From: an uncultured delta proteobacterium
GTDB lineage: Bacteria > Desulfobacterota > Desulfuromonadia > Desulfuromonadales > BM103
Assembly: GCA_963715335.1 (NCBI GenBank)
Contig: CAVQRZ010000026.1
Coordinates: forward strand, 50,410 to 114,409
DNA length: 64,000 nucleotides
Direction: 5' to 3'
Every line of letters begins with the position of its first letter. Position 1 is the stretch's first letter. A program made the translations under genes and the position numbers. The notes beneath the pieces are model-generated. The model was not told the DNA's origin and searched no databases. It saw nothing but the letters and a program-made list of their open reading frames with translations. Of this stretch, positions 21,474-32,892 are shown in pieces.

Positions 21474-22000
21474 GATATGTCGGGCACCGGCTCAAGCGGG
21501 CAGGCCTGTCGCCAGGCGTCAAATCCGTTATCTTCTATGGCCCAGAAATCGTCTATCCTCTGTTGGTAATAATTGACCTCATCGCATTGCCGGGCAATCT
21601 TCAGCGCTGCCTGCCGATCTATGAGGTTTTGGCCCGCCAGGAAATCATAGAACAGGGCCGTGCCTCTGAGGACGCATTTCAGTTCAGTGAGATTCGGCTC
21701 GAGGGTACGGATGATGTACCAGTGTCCGGCAAACTGCCGGATACGCTCTACTGTTACGGAGAATAGATTGTCGCGACGGTCGGCGATCATGAATTCACGC
21801 AGGAAATAATCCGCCCCGTGGCAGATCTCTCCAGCCTGCTCAGGCAGGAGTCCTTCCTGGCAGGTTAAATACTGATTGAAGTGGCGCAGCAGGTCGACGC
21901 ACCGCTTGTCGACCTGGATCTCATCGTCCAGGGTGACGATGTTGAAGGCATTTCTGTTCAAACCCTGCAGGAGCGGTTTCAGGTCGTTGTCAGGGCACAT
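21470..22000 (-). CDS. Hypothetical protein (helical)
   Basis: 176-aa ORF with SD (AAGGAG), ATGA overlap with the CDF gene. Confidence 0.7.
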   Translation of the reverse strand: MCPDNDLKPLLQGLNRNAFNIVTLDDEIQVDKRCVDLLRHFNQYLTCQEGLLPEQAGEICHGADYFLREFMIADRRDNLFSVTVERIRQFAGHWYIIRTLEPNLTELKCVLRGTALFYDFLAGQNLIDRQAALKIARQCDEVNYYQQRIDDFWAIEDNGFDAWRQACPLEPVPDIS

Positions 22001-22215
22001 GCAGATGATGAACTCCTTAATCTGAAGTAGCCTTAACCATAAAGCACTTTAAATGGCTTGGCAACCACCAGATTTTGTCAGAAAAGAGTCTTTGCTATTT
22101 ACAGTCAACTGGCTGTTTTGTTAACATAATAATGTTTCGATGTGTAGCTTTAATGTTTCCAGAGCGGCCCCGTAAAGGGTTGTTTTTTTTGGATTATTAC
22201 TGAGTTAATGTGCTG

Positions 22216-24825
22216 ATGGCAAAAACCACGCCCATGATGCAGCAGTACCTGGAGATCAAGTCCGAATATCCGGATGCGATTCTCTTCTTTCGTCTCGGTG
22301 ATTTCTATGAAATGTTCATGGAAGATGCTGTGGTCGCGGCACGCGTTCTCGATATTACCCTGACGTCGCGAAACAAGGGTGCTGCAGAGGAAATCCCGCT
22401 TTGCGGAGTTCCTTTCCACAGTTGTCAGCCCTATGTCTCCAAACTGGTTCAGAACGGTTACAAGGTTGCTATCTGTGAGCAGGTGGAAGACCCCAAGCAG
22501 GCCCAGGGGATTGTCAAACGCGCCGTCGTCAGGGTTGTAACCCCCGGCCTGGTCGTTGATACCGACACGCTCGATCCGCGCCGCAACAATTACCTCATGG
22601 CCTTGCTCCCGGTTCAGAACGGTGGCTTCGGCATCTCCTGTGTCGACATCACTACCGGGGAATTCCGCGTAACCGAACTGCTCGATCCTGAAAGTACGGC
22701 AGGGGAAATCATTTCCCGTGATCCGGCAGAAGTGTTGATGCTCGATGGCGAGACTGGCGACAGTCTTGCCAAGCTTCTGCAAGGCTCACTGCAAGGGCGC
22801 AACATAAATCGTCTGCCTGAATGGGCCGCGGCTGAGGACCGCGCACGGCAGAGGCTGCTCGAGTCCTTCCCGGGTAACTCCATGGAAAGTTTTGGCTGCC
22901 ATGATATGCCTGCAGCTGTAAGGGCTGCCGGGATGATTCTGCACTACCTGGAAGAGACCCAGAAATGTTCGGTCTCCCACCTCCAGCCTCTGCGCACCTA
23001 CCATGTTCGCGATCACATGGTTCTCGATGATTTTACGCGGCGCAACCTGGAACTGACAGAAACCCTGCACGACGGTGGCCGTCGCGGTTCGTTGCTGGGG
23101 GTCATGGATCGCACCGTAACGGCCATGGGCGCACGTAAGCTGCGGCATTGGATCACACATCCCCTGGTCGATCGGCAACGCATAGAAGAGCGGCATGTCG
23201 CTGTTGAAGAGCTGGTCAGGGAAAGTCTTTGCCGGGATGATCTGCGCCGCGCTCTTGACGAGGTCTACGATCTCGAGCGACTCAACGGGCGGATCGCCAT
23301 GGCAACCGGCAATGCCAAGGATTTGGCCGCATTGCGGATTTCACTGGAGAAGCTGCCACAAATCCTTGATCTGCTTGGCCAACTCGACAGTCCCATGCTG
23401 GTCGGTTTGAGTAACGCCCTGGATACGCTGCCAGACATGGTCGCTTTAATCTCGAGTGCCATTGTCGACGATCCGCCTTTCGTTTTGCGTGAAGGGGGCC
23501 TGATCCGGGAGGGCTACCATGCCGAGCTCGATGAGCTGCGCGGCATCAGCCGCGAAGGCAAGGGCTGGATCGCCCGCCTTGAACAGGAAGAGAAGGAAAA
23601 GACCGGCATCTCGAATCTCAAGGTTCGCTACAACAGGGTCTTCGGTTACTACATCGAGGTGACCAGGTCTCAGCTGGATCGTGTGCCGGAGGATTACCAG
23701 CGCAAGCAAACCCTGGCCAATGCGGAGCGCTACATAACCCCGACTCTCAAGGAGTACGAGGAAAAAGTCTTGGGCGCCGAAGACCGGGTCGTGGAGATCG
23801 AATATGACCTCTTCCAGCAGGTCAGGCGACAGGTGGCGAAACAGGGCCAGCGCATTCAGGCCACGGCCGACAAGGTTGCGACCCTGGACGTTTTGCTTGG
23901 CCTGGCAGATCTGTCCCATGAGCGAAATTACTGCCGCCCCGAGATCGACGAATCTACCGAACTGCTGATCGAAGACGGGCGGCACCCGGTTATCGAGACG
24001 ATGAATCTGGGTGAACGGTTTGTCGCCAACGATGTCCACATGGACACGGAAGAAAGGCAGATCCTGATTATTACCGGCCCCAACATGGCCGGCAAATCTA
24101 CCTTCATGCGCCAGGTTGCACTCCTGGTCCTGATGGCGCAGATGGGCAGCCTGGTGCCTGCAAAAAAGGCCCGTATCGGTATTGTCGATCGAATTTTCAC
24201 CAGGGTCGGAGCAAGTGATAACCTGGCCCGCGGCCAATCGACTTTCATGGTCGAAATGACAGAGGCGGCCAATATCCTCAATCACGCCACCCCACGCAGC
24301 CTGATCGTGCTGGATGAAATAGGCCGTGGGACTTCCACGTTCGATGGGGTCAGTATCGCCTGGGCAGTGGCTGAGTATTTACACGACAATCCGAAGGTTG
24401 CGGCCAAGACACTTTTTGCAACTCATTACCACGAACTGACCGACCTGGCACTAACCCGTGAACGGGTGAAAAACTACAACGTCGCCGTCAAGGAATGGGA
24501 TGACCAGATCATTTTCCTCCGGCGCATCGTCAAGGGCGGGGCCAGCCATTCCTACGGCATCCAGGTCGCTCGCCTGGCAGGCTTGCCGACAGACGTTATC
24601 AACAGGGCCAAAGAAGTACTGCATAACCTCGAGTCGGGGGAATATGTAGCCGGGACACCACGACTGGCTCGCAGCAGGCAGAACGGTAACGCGGTTGTGG
24701 CTCCGCAACTGGGACTTTTTGAGCAGCCTGACAAGGTCAGGGCAAAACTTGACGAAATAGATGTTTCGGTCCTGACTCCGCTTGAGGCGCTAAACCTTCT
24801 CGATGAACTAAAGAAGATGCTATGA
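22216..24825 (+). CDS. mutS: DNA mismatch repair protein MutS
   Basis: [61 protein letters not shown]. Confidence 0.98.
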   Translation: MAKTTPMMQQYLEIKSEYPDAILFFRLGDFYEMFMEDAVVAARVLDITLTSRNKGAAEEIPLCGVPFHSCQPYVSKLVQNGYKVAICEQVEDPKQAQGIVKRAVVRVVTPGLVVDTDTLDPRRNNYLMALLPVQNGGFGISCVDITTGEFRVTELLDPESTAGEIISRDPAEVLMLDGETGDSLAKLLQGSLQGRNINRLPEWAAAEDRARQRLLESFPGNSMESFGCHDMPAAVRAAGMILHYLEETQKCSVSHLQPLRTYHVRDHMVLDDFTRRNLELTETLHDGGRRGSLLGVMDRTVTAMGARKLRHWITHPLVDRQRIEERHVAVEELVRESLCRDDLRRALDEVYDLERLNGRIAMATGNAKDLAALRISLEKLPQILDLLGQLDSPMLVGLSNALDTLPDMVALISSAIVDDPPFVLREGGLIREGYHAELDELRGISREGKGWIARLEQEEKEKTGISNLKVRYNRVFGYYIEVTRSQLDRVPEDYQRKQTLANAERYITPTLKEYEEKVLGAEDRVVEIEYDLFQQVRRQVAKQGQRIQATADKVATLDVLLGLADLSHERNYCRPEIDESTELLIEDGRHPVIETMNLGERFVANDVHMDTEERQILIITGPNMAGKSTFMRQVALLVLMAQMGSLVPAKKARIGIVDRIFTRVGASDNLARGQSTFMVEMTEAANILNHATPRSLIVLDEIGRGTSTFDGVSIAWAVAEYLHDNPKVAAKTLFATHYHELTDLALTRERVKNYNVAVKEWDDQIIFLRRIVKGGASHSYGIQVARLAGLPTDVINRAKEVLHNLESGEYVAGTPRLARSRQNGNAVVAPQLGLFEQPDKVRAKLDEIDVSVLTPLEALNLLDELKKML

Positions 24826-26582
24826 ACAAAATGATTCGTTCGATCATATGCATAATGACCCTGGCCAGCCTGATGGTTCCGGCCGCCGCCCTGGGCGAGA
24901 GTGCCGAGCAGGCTTACCAGAAGGCCCGTGACGCCTACTATTCATTGCAGAACTCTGCGCGCAAGCAGATGTATCGCGAGCAGTGGGAGCAGGTGTTTGA
25001 CCGTTTCAGGGCGGTTTATGAGCGTTACCCGGAAACCAGTCGTGGTCCGGACGCCTTGTACATGTGCGGCAAGACCACTGCAGGGCTGTACGGGATCAGT
25101 CGCATCAAGCCGGATGCCGAGCGTGCTGTCGAACTTTTCGAAGAGATGGCAGACATTTATCCGGACAACTCCCTGGCAGATGACGCCCTCCTGCATGCTG
25201 GAGAAATACTCGAAGAAGTCCTGGGTGACAGGCATAGGGCCTATCTTGTTTACCAGAGGCTGGTCAGTGCCTTGCCGAATGGTGATATGCGCAGCAAAGC
25301 CAGTGCAAGACTCAAAGCTCTTGCCGGGTATGCCCCCGCGCCGAAACCGGTGCCTGCCGAAAAGAACCTTGCCAGGAAAGAGGTTCCGGCTCCTCCCGAC
25401 AGTGCTGTATCACAAAGTGCCCCCGGCGGCCAATTGACATCGATTCGTTACTGGTCCAACCCGGGATATACGCGGATTGTCATCGATGTGTCCGGTGAGG
25501 CGAAATTCTCCACAAACTATCTTGCTGCAGAACCGGCCAATAACATTCCGCCGCGTCTTTATGTCGATCTTGAAAAGACCGGTCTGGACGATACCTTGCC
25601 GGAAACGACGATTGTCGACGACGGCCTTCTCAGCCGTATCCGCACCGGAAAACCACAGGGTGACACGGTAAGGGTTGTGCTTGACCTGCATAGTGTCAGC
25701 GACTACAAGGTGTTTCCGTTAAATGACCCATGGCGTATCGTTATTGATGTGGCGGGCGACAAATCGCCTGAATTGAAACGTGACGAGCCGTCGATCAGCG
25801 CCTTGCCCGAGTCCGCCCACGATGACATCGCCACGGTGCTCAAGGAAACACCTAGCCCGCCCGCCTTGCATATTCGGGGAACCTCCGCGACCACGACACT
25901 GCGCAGGATTGTGGTCGATGCCGGCCACGGAGGCAAGGACCCTGGAGCTGTCGGTCCAACTGGTGTCCTGGAGAAGGACGTCACACTCAAACTGGCGAAG
26001 GAGTTGTCAAAAGAGCTGGCCAGTCAGATTGGCTGTGAAGTCATTCTGACCCGCAGTCACGACGTCTACCTGCCTCTCGAAGAAAGGACTGCGATCGCCA
26101 ACAAGGTCGGTGCCGACCTGTTCATTTCATTGCACGCCAACGCTAACAAGAGCCGCACGGCGTATGGCATCGAAACCTATTACCTCAACTTCTCCAAAAA
26201 TGACAAGGCGGCGGCGGTTGCGGCGCGCGAGAATGGCACCTCACTCAAGCAGGTGTCTGATCTGGAGTTGATTCTGTTCGACCTGATGGCCAACGCCAAG
26301 ATTAATGAGTCAAGCCGTCTGGCGGCAGAAATCCAGAAGAGCCTGGTGTATCGCATCAGCAAGAAATACAGCAATGTCCGCGACCTTGGAGTGAGACAGG
26401 GTCCGTTCTATGTCCTGCTCGGTGCGACGATGCCCTCCGTGCTCATTGAAACAGCTTTTATCAGCCATCCGCGCGAAGAAAAACGCCTGGTCAGCAGTGC
26501 CTACCAAAAATCCGCAGCGCAGGCGATTGCCTCTGCCATCAAGGAATATGCTGTCAGCAACAAGCTGATAGCGTCTCGATAA
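24822..26582 (+). CDS. N-acetylmuramoyl-L-alanine amidase with TPR-like and AMIN domains
   Basis: Signal peptide; TPR-like [20 protein letters not shown]; Amidase_3 [31 protein letters not shown]. Confidence 0.92.
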   Translation: MNKMIRSIICIMTLASLMVPAAALGESAEQAYQKARDAYYSLQNSARKQMYREQWEQVFDRFRAVYERYPETSRGPDALYMCGKTTAGLYGISRIKPDAERAVELFEEMADIYPDNSLADDALLHAGEILEEVLGDRHRAYLVYQRLVSALPNGDMRSKASARLKALAGYAPAPKPVPAEKNLARKEVPAPPDSAVSQSAPGGQLTSIRYWSNPGYTRIVIDVSGEAKFSTNYLAAEPANNIPPRLYVDLEKTGLDDTLPETTIVDDGLLSRIRTGKPQGDTVRVVLDLHSVSDYKVFPLNDPWRIVIDVAGDKSPELKRDEPSISALPESAHDDIATVLKETPSPPALHIRGTSATTTLRRIVVDAGHGGKDPGAVGPTGVLEKDVTLKLAKELSKELASQIGCEVILTRSHDVYLPLEERTAIANKVGADLFISLHANANKSRTAYGIETYYLNFSKNDKAAAVAARENGTSLKQVSDLELILFDLMANAKINESSRLAAEIQKSLVYRISKKYSNVRDLGVRQGPFYVLLGATMPSVLIETAFISHPREEKRLVSSAYQKSAAQAIASAIKEYAVSNKLIASR

Positions 26583-26584
26583 AT

Positions 26585-29279
26585 ATGGAAAAGCAGCAAA
26601 CCCCGCCCGATTTCTTTGCCACTGAACTGATGGTGGCCGGTGATGTCTCATTCGCAGAGAGGCGTACCTCCCTGCTTGAAGCAGCGCGTGGCCACATCAA
26701 TTGTCATCGTAATCTTTGTCAGGAGTTGCACAGCGCAGGTGGCAGCGGCCGCGAGGTGGTCGCATGCATTACCGCCATGGCCGACCAGCTGGTCCGCAAT
26801 CTGTACCATTGTGCCTCGGCAGAATTTCCGACTTCCGGCAAGGTCTGTTCCGCTGTTATCGCCCTCGGCGGATACGGGCGTGCGGAGCTGAACCCGTTTT
26901 CCGATATCGATGTCATGTTCTACTGCAGCGACCAGAACAAGGATCTGGCGGAAAAGATTGCCGAGCGGGTCCTCTACCTGCTTTGGGATCTGAACCTGGA
27001 CGTCGGTTACAGTGTCCGTACGGCATCCGACTGCCTGTCTCTGGTCCATCAAGATATTACGATCCGCACCGCTCTCATGGACACGCGCTTTCTGGCTGGT
27101 GACGAGGCCCTTTACCACGAGTTCGAAAAGCAGGTTTCGCAGCCTGTTTTAAACCGCAACGGCCAGAGTTTTCTTAAAGCCAAATATGATGAGCACAAGA
27201 CCCGTCTGGCCAAATACGGCTCCACGGTTTACATGCTTGAGCCGAACCTCAAGGAAGGAGAGGGCGGCCTGCGCGACCTGCACACTGCGGTATGGATGGC
27301 ACGTGTGAAATTCAAGGCGAAAAACCTGCGTGAGCTGCTGATAAAAGGCGTGATTTCTGACCAGGAACTGCAGGAGTTTGAAGATGCTTACGACTATCTC
27401 TGGCGGATTCGCAATGAATTGCATTTTCAAGCAAAACGTAAGACCGATCAGATCCAGTTCGAGGCACAGGAAAAAATCGCCGCAAGTTTCGGCTATGCAG
27501 GCACCAAGGCCGCACTCCCTGTCGAGCTTTTCATGCAGGATTATTATGCTCATGCCACCCGTACGGAGCATTTGGCCTCAACCCTGATCTTTCGTGCATT
27601 CAAGGATAAGGACCCGTCTACCGGCATCCTCGGGCGCCTGGGCCGGCGCAATCTCGGCGCTGACTTCTTCAGTTATCGCGGCGAGTTGAAAACCTCACGC
27701 AAAAAACTGTTTGCCGAGCGTCCCGAAGCGATGATGCAGGCGTTCCTGCTTGCCAAGCAGAACAGTCTGGCCCTCAGCGCTGAAGTCAAAGGCCAGATTC
27801 GCGACAACCTCTCGCTGGTCAATGACAGCTTTCGCCGCAACCGGGAAGTCTCCGAAATGTTCCTCGAGATTATGCGCGGGCCCACGGGTGCAGCACGCTC
27901 TCTAAGAGACATGCACCACCTTGCCTTCCTGAACAGGTATATTCCTGAATTCAAACGGATTTACTGCAAAGTACAGCACGATGCCTATCACGTTTACACG
28001 ATTGATATCCATTCGTTCTTTGCCGTCGAGGAGATTGAAAAGCTCTGGTCAGGCGTATACCGGGAATCTAAGCCTCTGTATACCAGCGTTGCGGCAGATA
28101 TCGGCAAACCTGAGCTGCTCGTGTTGGCCGTTCTCTTTCATGATATCGGCAAAGGCGAGGGGAAAGACCACTCCAACAAGGGCGCGGACATGATGCCCAA
28201 AATCGCCCGCCGGCTGAACCTGTCGAAAGAGGACAGCAGTCGCCTGGAATTCCTGGTCCGCAATCATCTGGACATGGCCCATATTTCGCAGCGCCGTGAT
28301 CTCCATGATATCAAGCTGATTCAGGATTTTGCCAACAAGATGGCGATGGTTGAGAATCTGAAGATGCTTTTTCTCCTGACGTTTGCTGACATCAAGGCGG
28401 TTGGTCCCGATGTCTGGTCGGAATGGAAGGGGCTCCTCCTTCAGGAGCTTTACGAAAACACCTATGAAACCATGGAGCGCGGCAATTTCATGAGCGAGTT
28501 GCGCACTGAGCGTGTCCGTAACCGCAAGCGCAAGGTCATGGACGCCCTCAAGGGTGATTTTGAAGAAAAAGTGATCAAAAATCATCTGCGTGCAATGAGC
28601 ACCAGGTATCTTCTTACGCACCGCTCATGGGAAGTGCTCGATCACCTAAAGCTGGAGCTGTCCCGTGGTGATGACGCTGTCGCGATCCAGGTCAAACACG
28701 ATGTCGAAGCCGAGTACAGCAGCGTAACCATATCTACGGTCGATGTGCCGGGTCTCTTCAGCATGATTACAGGGGTTATGGCGGCAAACGGCATTAACAT
28801 TCTCGGTGCGCAGATTTACACGCGCAGCAACGGAGCCGCCCTGGATATCCTGCATGTTAACAAGTCTGTTGGCGGAGTTATTGACAGCCCAACGCAAATG
28901 GCAGAAGGTGCAGTCAGACTTGACTTCAGTACTGGAGGGTCGCGTCAAGGTCTCCAGTCTGGTCAAGAAGCGCCAGAAATCCAACACCCTGCCCGGCCAC
29001 AAAATGCCCCGTTACCCGAACCGGGTGGAATTTGACTGTGATGTTTCCAGGGCGCACACGGTTATCGACATTTTCGCCCATGACAAGGTTGGGTTGCTCT
29101 ACAAAATCACCCGGACATTAACTGATCTGGGGCTCTACATTTATGTTGCCAAGATTTCCACCAAGGTGGACCAGGTAGCTGACACCTTCTATGTAAAAGA
29201 CATCTTCGGCCAGCCGATCAACAATGAAACCAAACGGGAGGAGCTCCGTAAGGCCCTCCTTGAGTGCATGGAAGAATAG
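26585..29279 (+). pseudogene. glnD: Uridylyltransferase/uridylyl-removing enzyme GlnD, +1 frameshift at ~28891 (real lesion or sequencing error)
   Basis: ALGGYGRAELNPFSDIDV, EPNLKEGEGGLRDL, HD domain HDIGKG; ACT region continues in the next frame (KWQKVQSDL...HDKVGLLY...KISTKVDQVADTFYV) to 29279. Confidence 0.9.
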
Positions 29280-29294
29280 CTATTAAAGGCACTT

Positions 29295-30182
29295 ATGAAT
29301 CATTACCTCGACTATTACCTGAACTATCTTGCCGTTGAGCGTGGCTTGTCCAAGAACACTCTTGATGCATATGGCCATGATCTGGCGCGCTACCTGGAAT
29401 ACCTCGAGAGTGAAAAAGTTGACTGCCTGGAAAAAATAACCCCGGCTGTGGTACTGCGTTTCCTCGGGTCCCTGAAAGAGGGCGGCCTGTCTGCCAGAAG
29501 CAGGGCCCGGTCTCTTGCGGCACTGAGGACTTTTCACAAGTTTTTGATCCGGGAAAAGCTCGCCAAAGACAATCCGACCGACCAGATCGTGTCGCCCAGA
29601 AGTCTCGTCTCACTACCCAAGACCCTTTCGACTGCCGATGTAGAAAGCCTTCTGTCCAGCCCGAAGGGTGAAACTCCACTCGCTCTGCGCGATCGCGCTA
29701 TGCTGGAAATTATTTATGCGACGGGTTTGCGTGTTTCTGAGCTGGTTTCATTAAAGCTCGGGGATCTGCAGCTCGATGTCGGTTACCTGACGGCATTCGG
29801 CAAACGCAGTAAACAGCGGATCGTTCCGCTTGGTGAAGCGGCCATAGAGGTGTTGCGGCAATATATGCAGGATGGCCGCCCCAGCCTCGACAAGCAACGC
29901 GGCTCTCAACGTCTGTTCCTCAATCGTTCCGGGGAAGGCTTGACACGTCAGGGCTTCTGGAAGATTATTAAGCGCCGCGCGCTTGAGGCCGGCATCAGAC
30001 AAAGTATTACACCGCATACCATGCGGCATTCCTTTGCCACTCACCTGTTGGATAATGGTGCGGATTTGCGCTCCGTGCAGGCAATGCTCGGCCATGCGGA
30101 CATTTCAACAACCCAGATTTACACCCATGTCACTCGCGAAAGATTGCGGCAGCTGCACGCTCAGCACCACCCGAGGGGATAG
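29295..30182 (+). CDS. xerD: Tyrosine recombinase XerD
   Basis: ERGLSKNTLDAY, RDRAMLE..YATGLRVSEL, LTRQGFW, TPHTMRHSFATHLL, LGHADISTTQIYTHV, HHPRG. Confidence 0.95.
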   Translation: MNHYLDYYLNYLAVERGLSKNTLDAYGHDLARYLEYLESEKVDCLEKITPAVVLRFLGSLKEGGLSARSRARSLAALRTFHKFLIREKLAKDNPTDQIVSPRSLVSLPKTLSTADVESLLSSPKGETPLALRDRAMLEIIYATGLRVSELVSLKLGDLQLDVGYLTAFGKRSKQRIVPLGEAAIEVLRQYMQDGRPSLDKQRGSQRLFLNRSGEGLTRQGFWKIIKRRALEAGIRQSITPHTMRHSFATHLLDNGADLRSVQAMLGHADISTTQIYTHVTRERLRQLHAQHHPRG

Positions 30183-30185
30183 GGC

Positions 30186-30213
30186 CACGCGAGACGCGAA
30201 CTGCGAAGCGCGA
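30186..30213 (+). repeat. Degenerate heptamer tandem array
   Basis: cacgcga gacgcga actgcga agcgcga directly after xerD. Confidence 0.55.
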
Positions 30214-30266
30214 CCAATACATACTGACAACTTTTAACATTTCACTTTTTAATTTTTCGGGTACTT

Positions 30267-31478
30267 ATGAAACTCATTACTTTGCTTGGCGACGGTATGT
30301 CCGATGAACCTGTCGCGGAACTTGACGGTAAAACTCCTTTGCAGGCGGCCGAAACACCCAATATGGATAGACTCGCCAGGGAGGGGATTATCGGCCTGGC
30401 CGAGACTGTCCCAGCCGCCTTTCATCCTGGGTCTGATGTGGCGAACCTCTCAGTCTTCGGCTATGATCCGGCGACCTGCTATACCGGCCGTTCGCCCCTG
30501 GAAGCAGCCAGTATGGGGGTCAAACTTGGCCCTGACGATGTAGCGTTCCGGCTCAATCTGGTGACCCTGAGCCTGCTTGGCGGTGATCTGTGCATGCAGG
30601 ATTTTTCGGCAGGTCATATCTCCACGGGGGAAGCCCGTGAACTGATTCTCTGCCTGCAGGAGGAACTGGGCGATGACGAATTCCAGTTCTATCCCGGTGT
30701 TTCGTATCGCCACCTGATGGTTTGGAAGGGCGGCCGTGTCGATATCAACATGCCTCCTCCTCATGACCTGACCGGACAGCGTGTAACTGAACATATTCCA
30801 CGCTCCGTTGAGGCCATGCCGCTGATGAATATTACCAATGCCGCACAAATGCTGTTCAAGCAGCACCCGGTCAATGTCAGACGCGAAACAGAGGGCAAAC
30901 ATGCCGCCAACTCGATCTGGCTCTGGGGGCAGGGACGGCGGCCGAAAATGCCGACCTTGAAAGACAAGTTCAACCTCAATGGCGCAGTGATTTCTGCGGT
31001 TGACCTGATCAAGGGGATCGGCATCTACGCAGGGCTCGATGTTATTGTGGTGCCGGGTGCCACCGGTTATCTGGATACCAATTACAAAGGCAAGGCAGAA
31101 GCCGCCCTGGAAGCCCTGAAGAGTCGTGATTTTGTTTATCTGCACGTAGAAGCCCCTGACGAAGCCGCGCATAGTGGCAGCCTGACTGATAAAATTGAGG
31201 CAATCGAACGTTTTGACAAGGATGTGGTCGGAACGGTCATGGAAGGGATCAAAAGTCTCGGTGACTACCGGATTCTGCTGCTTCCCGATCACCCCACCCC
31301 GGTCGCGAAAATGACCCATACCAAGGATCCGGTTCCTTTTGTCCTGTTCGGCTACGGGATTGCAAGTCCTGCAGATGCGGCGGATGAGTACTCCGAAGCT
31401 GCTGCCGGGAAGTCGGGATTGCTTGTCAGCCCGGGACACCGGATCATGGATTTCCTGGTCAATGGCAAAATAATGTGA
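30267..31478 (+). CDS. apgM: Cofactor-independent phosphoglycerate mutase family (ApgM / proposed homoserine kinase type)
   Basis: GDGMSDEP, GKTPL, PGSDVANL, YTGRSPLEAA, HVEAPDEAAH, PDHPTP, THTKDPVPF. Confidence 0.85.
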   Translation: MKLITLLGDGMSDEPVAELDGKTPLQAAETPNMDRLAREGIIGLAETVPAAFHPGSDVANLSVFGYDPATCYTGRSPLEAASMGVKLGPDDVAFRLNLVTLSLLGGDLCMQDFSAGHISTGEARELILCLQEELGDDEFQFYPGVSYRHLMVWKGGRVDINMPPPHDLTGQRVTEHIPRSVEAMPLMNITNAAQMLFKQHPVNVRRETEGKHAANSIWLWGQGRRPKMPTLKDKFNLNGAVISAVDLIKGIGIYAGLDVIVVPGATGYLDTNYKGKAEAALEALKSRDFVYLHVEAPDEAAHSGSLTDKIEAIERFDKDVVGTVMEGIKSLGDYRILLLPDHPTPVAKMTHTKDPVPFVLFGYGIASPADAADEYSEAAAGKSGLLVSPGHRIMDFLVNGKIM

Positions 31479-31586
31479 GTGAAGGGCCCCTGCAAGGATA
31501 AGGGAAATAAACAAGCAAGCCTGAAATTTGCGACTTCGCCGAAACAGTCAGGTGGCAGGAAAACCGGGACTTGACTCTTTTCGAAT

Positions 31587-31636
31587 AAGATCAAAAAAAG
31601 CCGCAGTCCAGCGTGACTTCGGCTTTTTTTGATCTT
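31587..31636. terminator. Long bidirectional-type terminator hairpin
   Basis: AAGATCAAAAAAAGCCG...CGGCTTTTTTTGATCTT perfect 17-bp arms. Confidence 0.85.
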
Positions 31637-31675
31637 GGTCTCTCTGTATCGAGAAAACAAGATGAATAAGCGCGT

Positions 31676-32854
31676 ATGAAATACCTGAATACGACTCGCC
31701 CTGAATGGGGCGCTCTCAAGGTTATGGTCGGCGGCATTCTCGGTATGGTGGTTGCCATGGGAATCGGCCGATTTGTGTTTACGCCGATCCTGCCGTTGAT
31801 GCAGCGAGACCTGGGCATGTCCAACAGCGTTGCCGGGTGGCTCGCCGGCCTTAATTACCTGGGCTATCTGTGTGGCGCAATCATGTGCTCGGTATCGCCC
31901 CGGCTGCTTCGTTCCAGGTTGATAACTGGCGGCTCTCTGCTCGTGAGTATTGCAACCACTCTGTTCATGGGCGCCACCATCAGCCCGCAGTGGTGGGGCC
32001 TGTTGCGTTTTGCCGGCGGCTTTGCGAGCGCCGTGTTGTTTATCGTGATCACTGCAGAGGTCGGGGAAACGCTAAGTCGGCGCGGTTATGGCCATTGGCT
32101 CGGCACCTTGTACGGCGGTATCGGGCTGGGGATTGCGCTGAGCGGCCTTGTTGTCCCGTTGCTGGATAGAATCGGTGGCTGGCATGGCGCCTGGTACGGC
32201 GCGGGTGTTCTGGCAGCCATTCTGGCGACCACAGGTGTTTTGCTCGGCCGCAGGCGAGAACTGGTCAAACCGATTACGATTGAAGAATCCGGTTTGCCGG
32301 TATCGTTGGCCAGAGTTCGGTTGTTGTCGGTTGGGTATTTCTTCGAGGGGCTCGGATATATCGTTACGGCTACATTTCTGGTCGCGATTATCTCCTTGAC
32401 GCCGGGGCTGGAAGGTTTCGCTCCCTACAGCTGGGTCGCGGTTGGTCTTGCTGCCGTCCCTTCGACAATTTTATGGCCCTATCTCGGTCGTCGTATCGGC
32501 AACAGGCAGGCCTTGCTATGCGCATATGCCTTGCAAGCGGCAGGTATTCTGGTCAGCATCGGTGCGGAATCGATTATTGCCGTGCTGTTTGCCGCCGTGT
32601 CTTTTGGCGGCACCTTCCTCGGAGTCGTTGCCCTGACCCTGACCGAGGGGAATCTTCGCCTGCCCGGAGATGGCCGCCGGGCCGCGGCTGTCCTGACCGC
32701 CAGTTTCGGCGTCGGCCAGACGCTCGGGCCGGTCTTTGCCGGAGTTCTTGCGGACATTCAGGAAGGGTTTGCCGTGCCTTTGATGCTGGCCTCTGGCTGC
32801 GTTGTTCTTGCCGGTCTTTGTGTTGTCCTGGACAGACAGTTCCATCGACAATAA
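31676..32854 (+). CDS. YbfB/YjiJ-family MFS transporter
   Basis: AMGIGRFVFTPILPLM, NYLGYL.GA, GYFFEGLGYI..ATF; ~12 TM. Confidence 0.88.
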   Translation: MKYLNTTRPEWGALKVMVGGILGMVVAMGIGRFVFTPILPLMQRDLGMSNSVAGWLAGLNYLGYLCGAIMCSVSPRLLRSRLITGGSLLVSIATTLFMGATISPQWWGLLRFAGGFASAVLFIVITAEVGETLSRRGYGHWLGTLYGGIGLGIALSGLVVPLLDRIGGWHGAWYGAGVLAAILATTGVLLGRRRELVKPITIEESGLPVSLARVRLLSVGYFFEGLGYIVTATFLVAIISLTPGLEGFAPYSWVAVGLAAVPSTILWPYLGRRIGNRQALLCAYALQAAGILVSIGAESIIAVLFAAVSFGGTFLGVVALTLTEGNLRLPGDGRRAAAVLTASFGVGQTLGPVFAGVLADIQEGFAVPLMLASGCVVLAGLCVVLDRQFHRQ

Positions 32855-32892
32855 GCGCAAGCGACCACGCGGCGCTTTCTCTCCGGATTGGA

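Noticed and set aside
28806..29279. Independent 157-aa ACT-domain gene
   Set aside because: It is the out-of-frame continuation of glnD, not a separate gene.
29295..30182. Tyrosine recombinase as a possible prophage or island integrase
   Set aside because: Has XerD signatures (LTRQGFW, HHPR) in housekeeping context; no att sites, tRNA or phage genes.
31479..31586. Possible riboswitch or sRNA ahead of the large hairpin and the MFS gene
   Set aside because: No recognisable aptamer consensus (e.g. c-di-GMP-I/GEMM); the hairpin is explained as the apgM terminator. An Infernal search would be needed.
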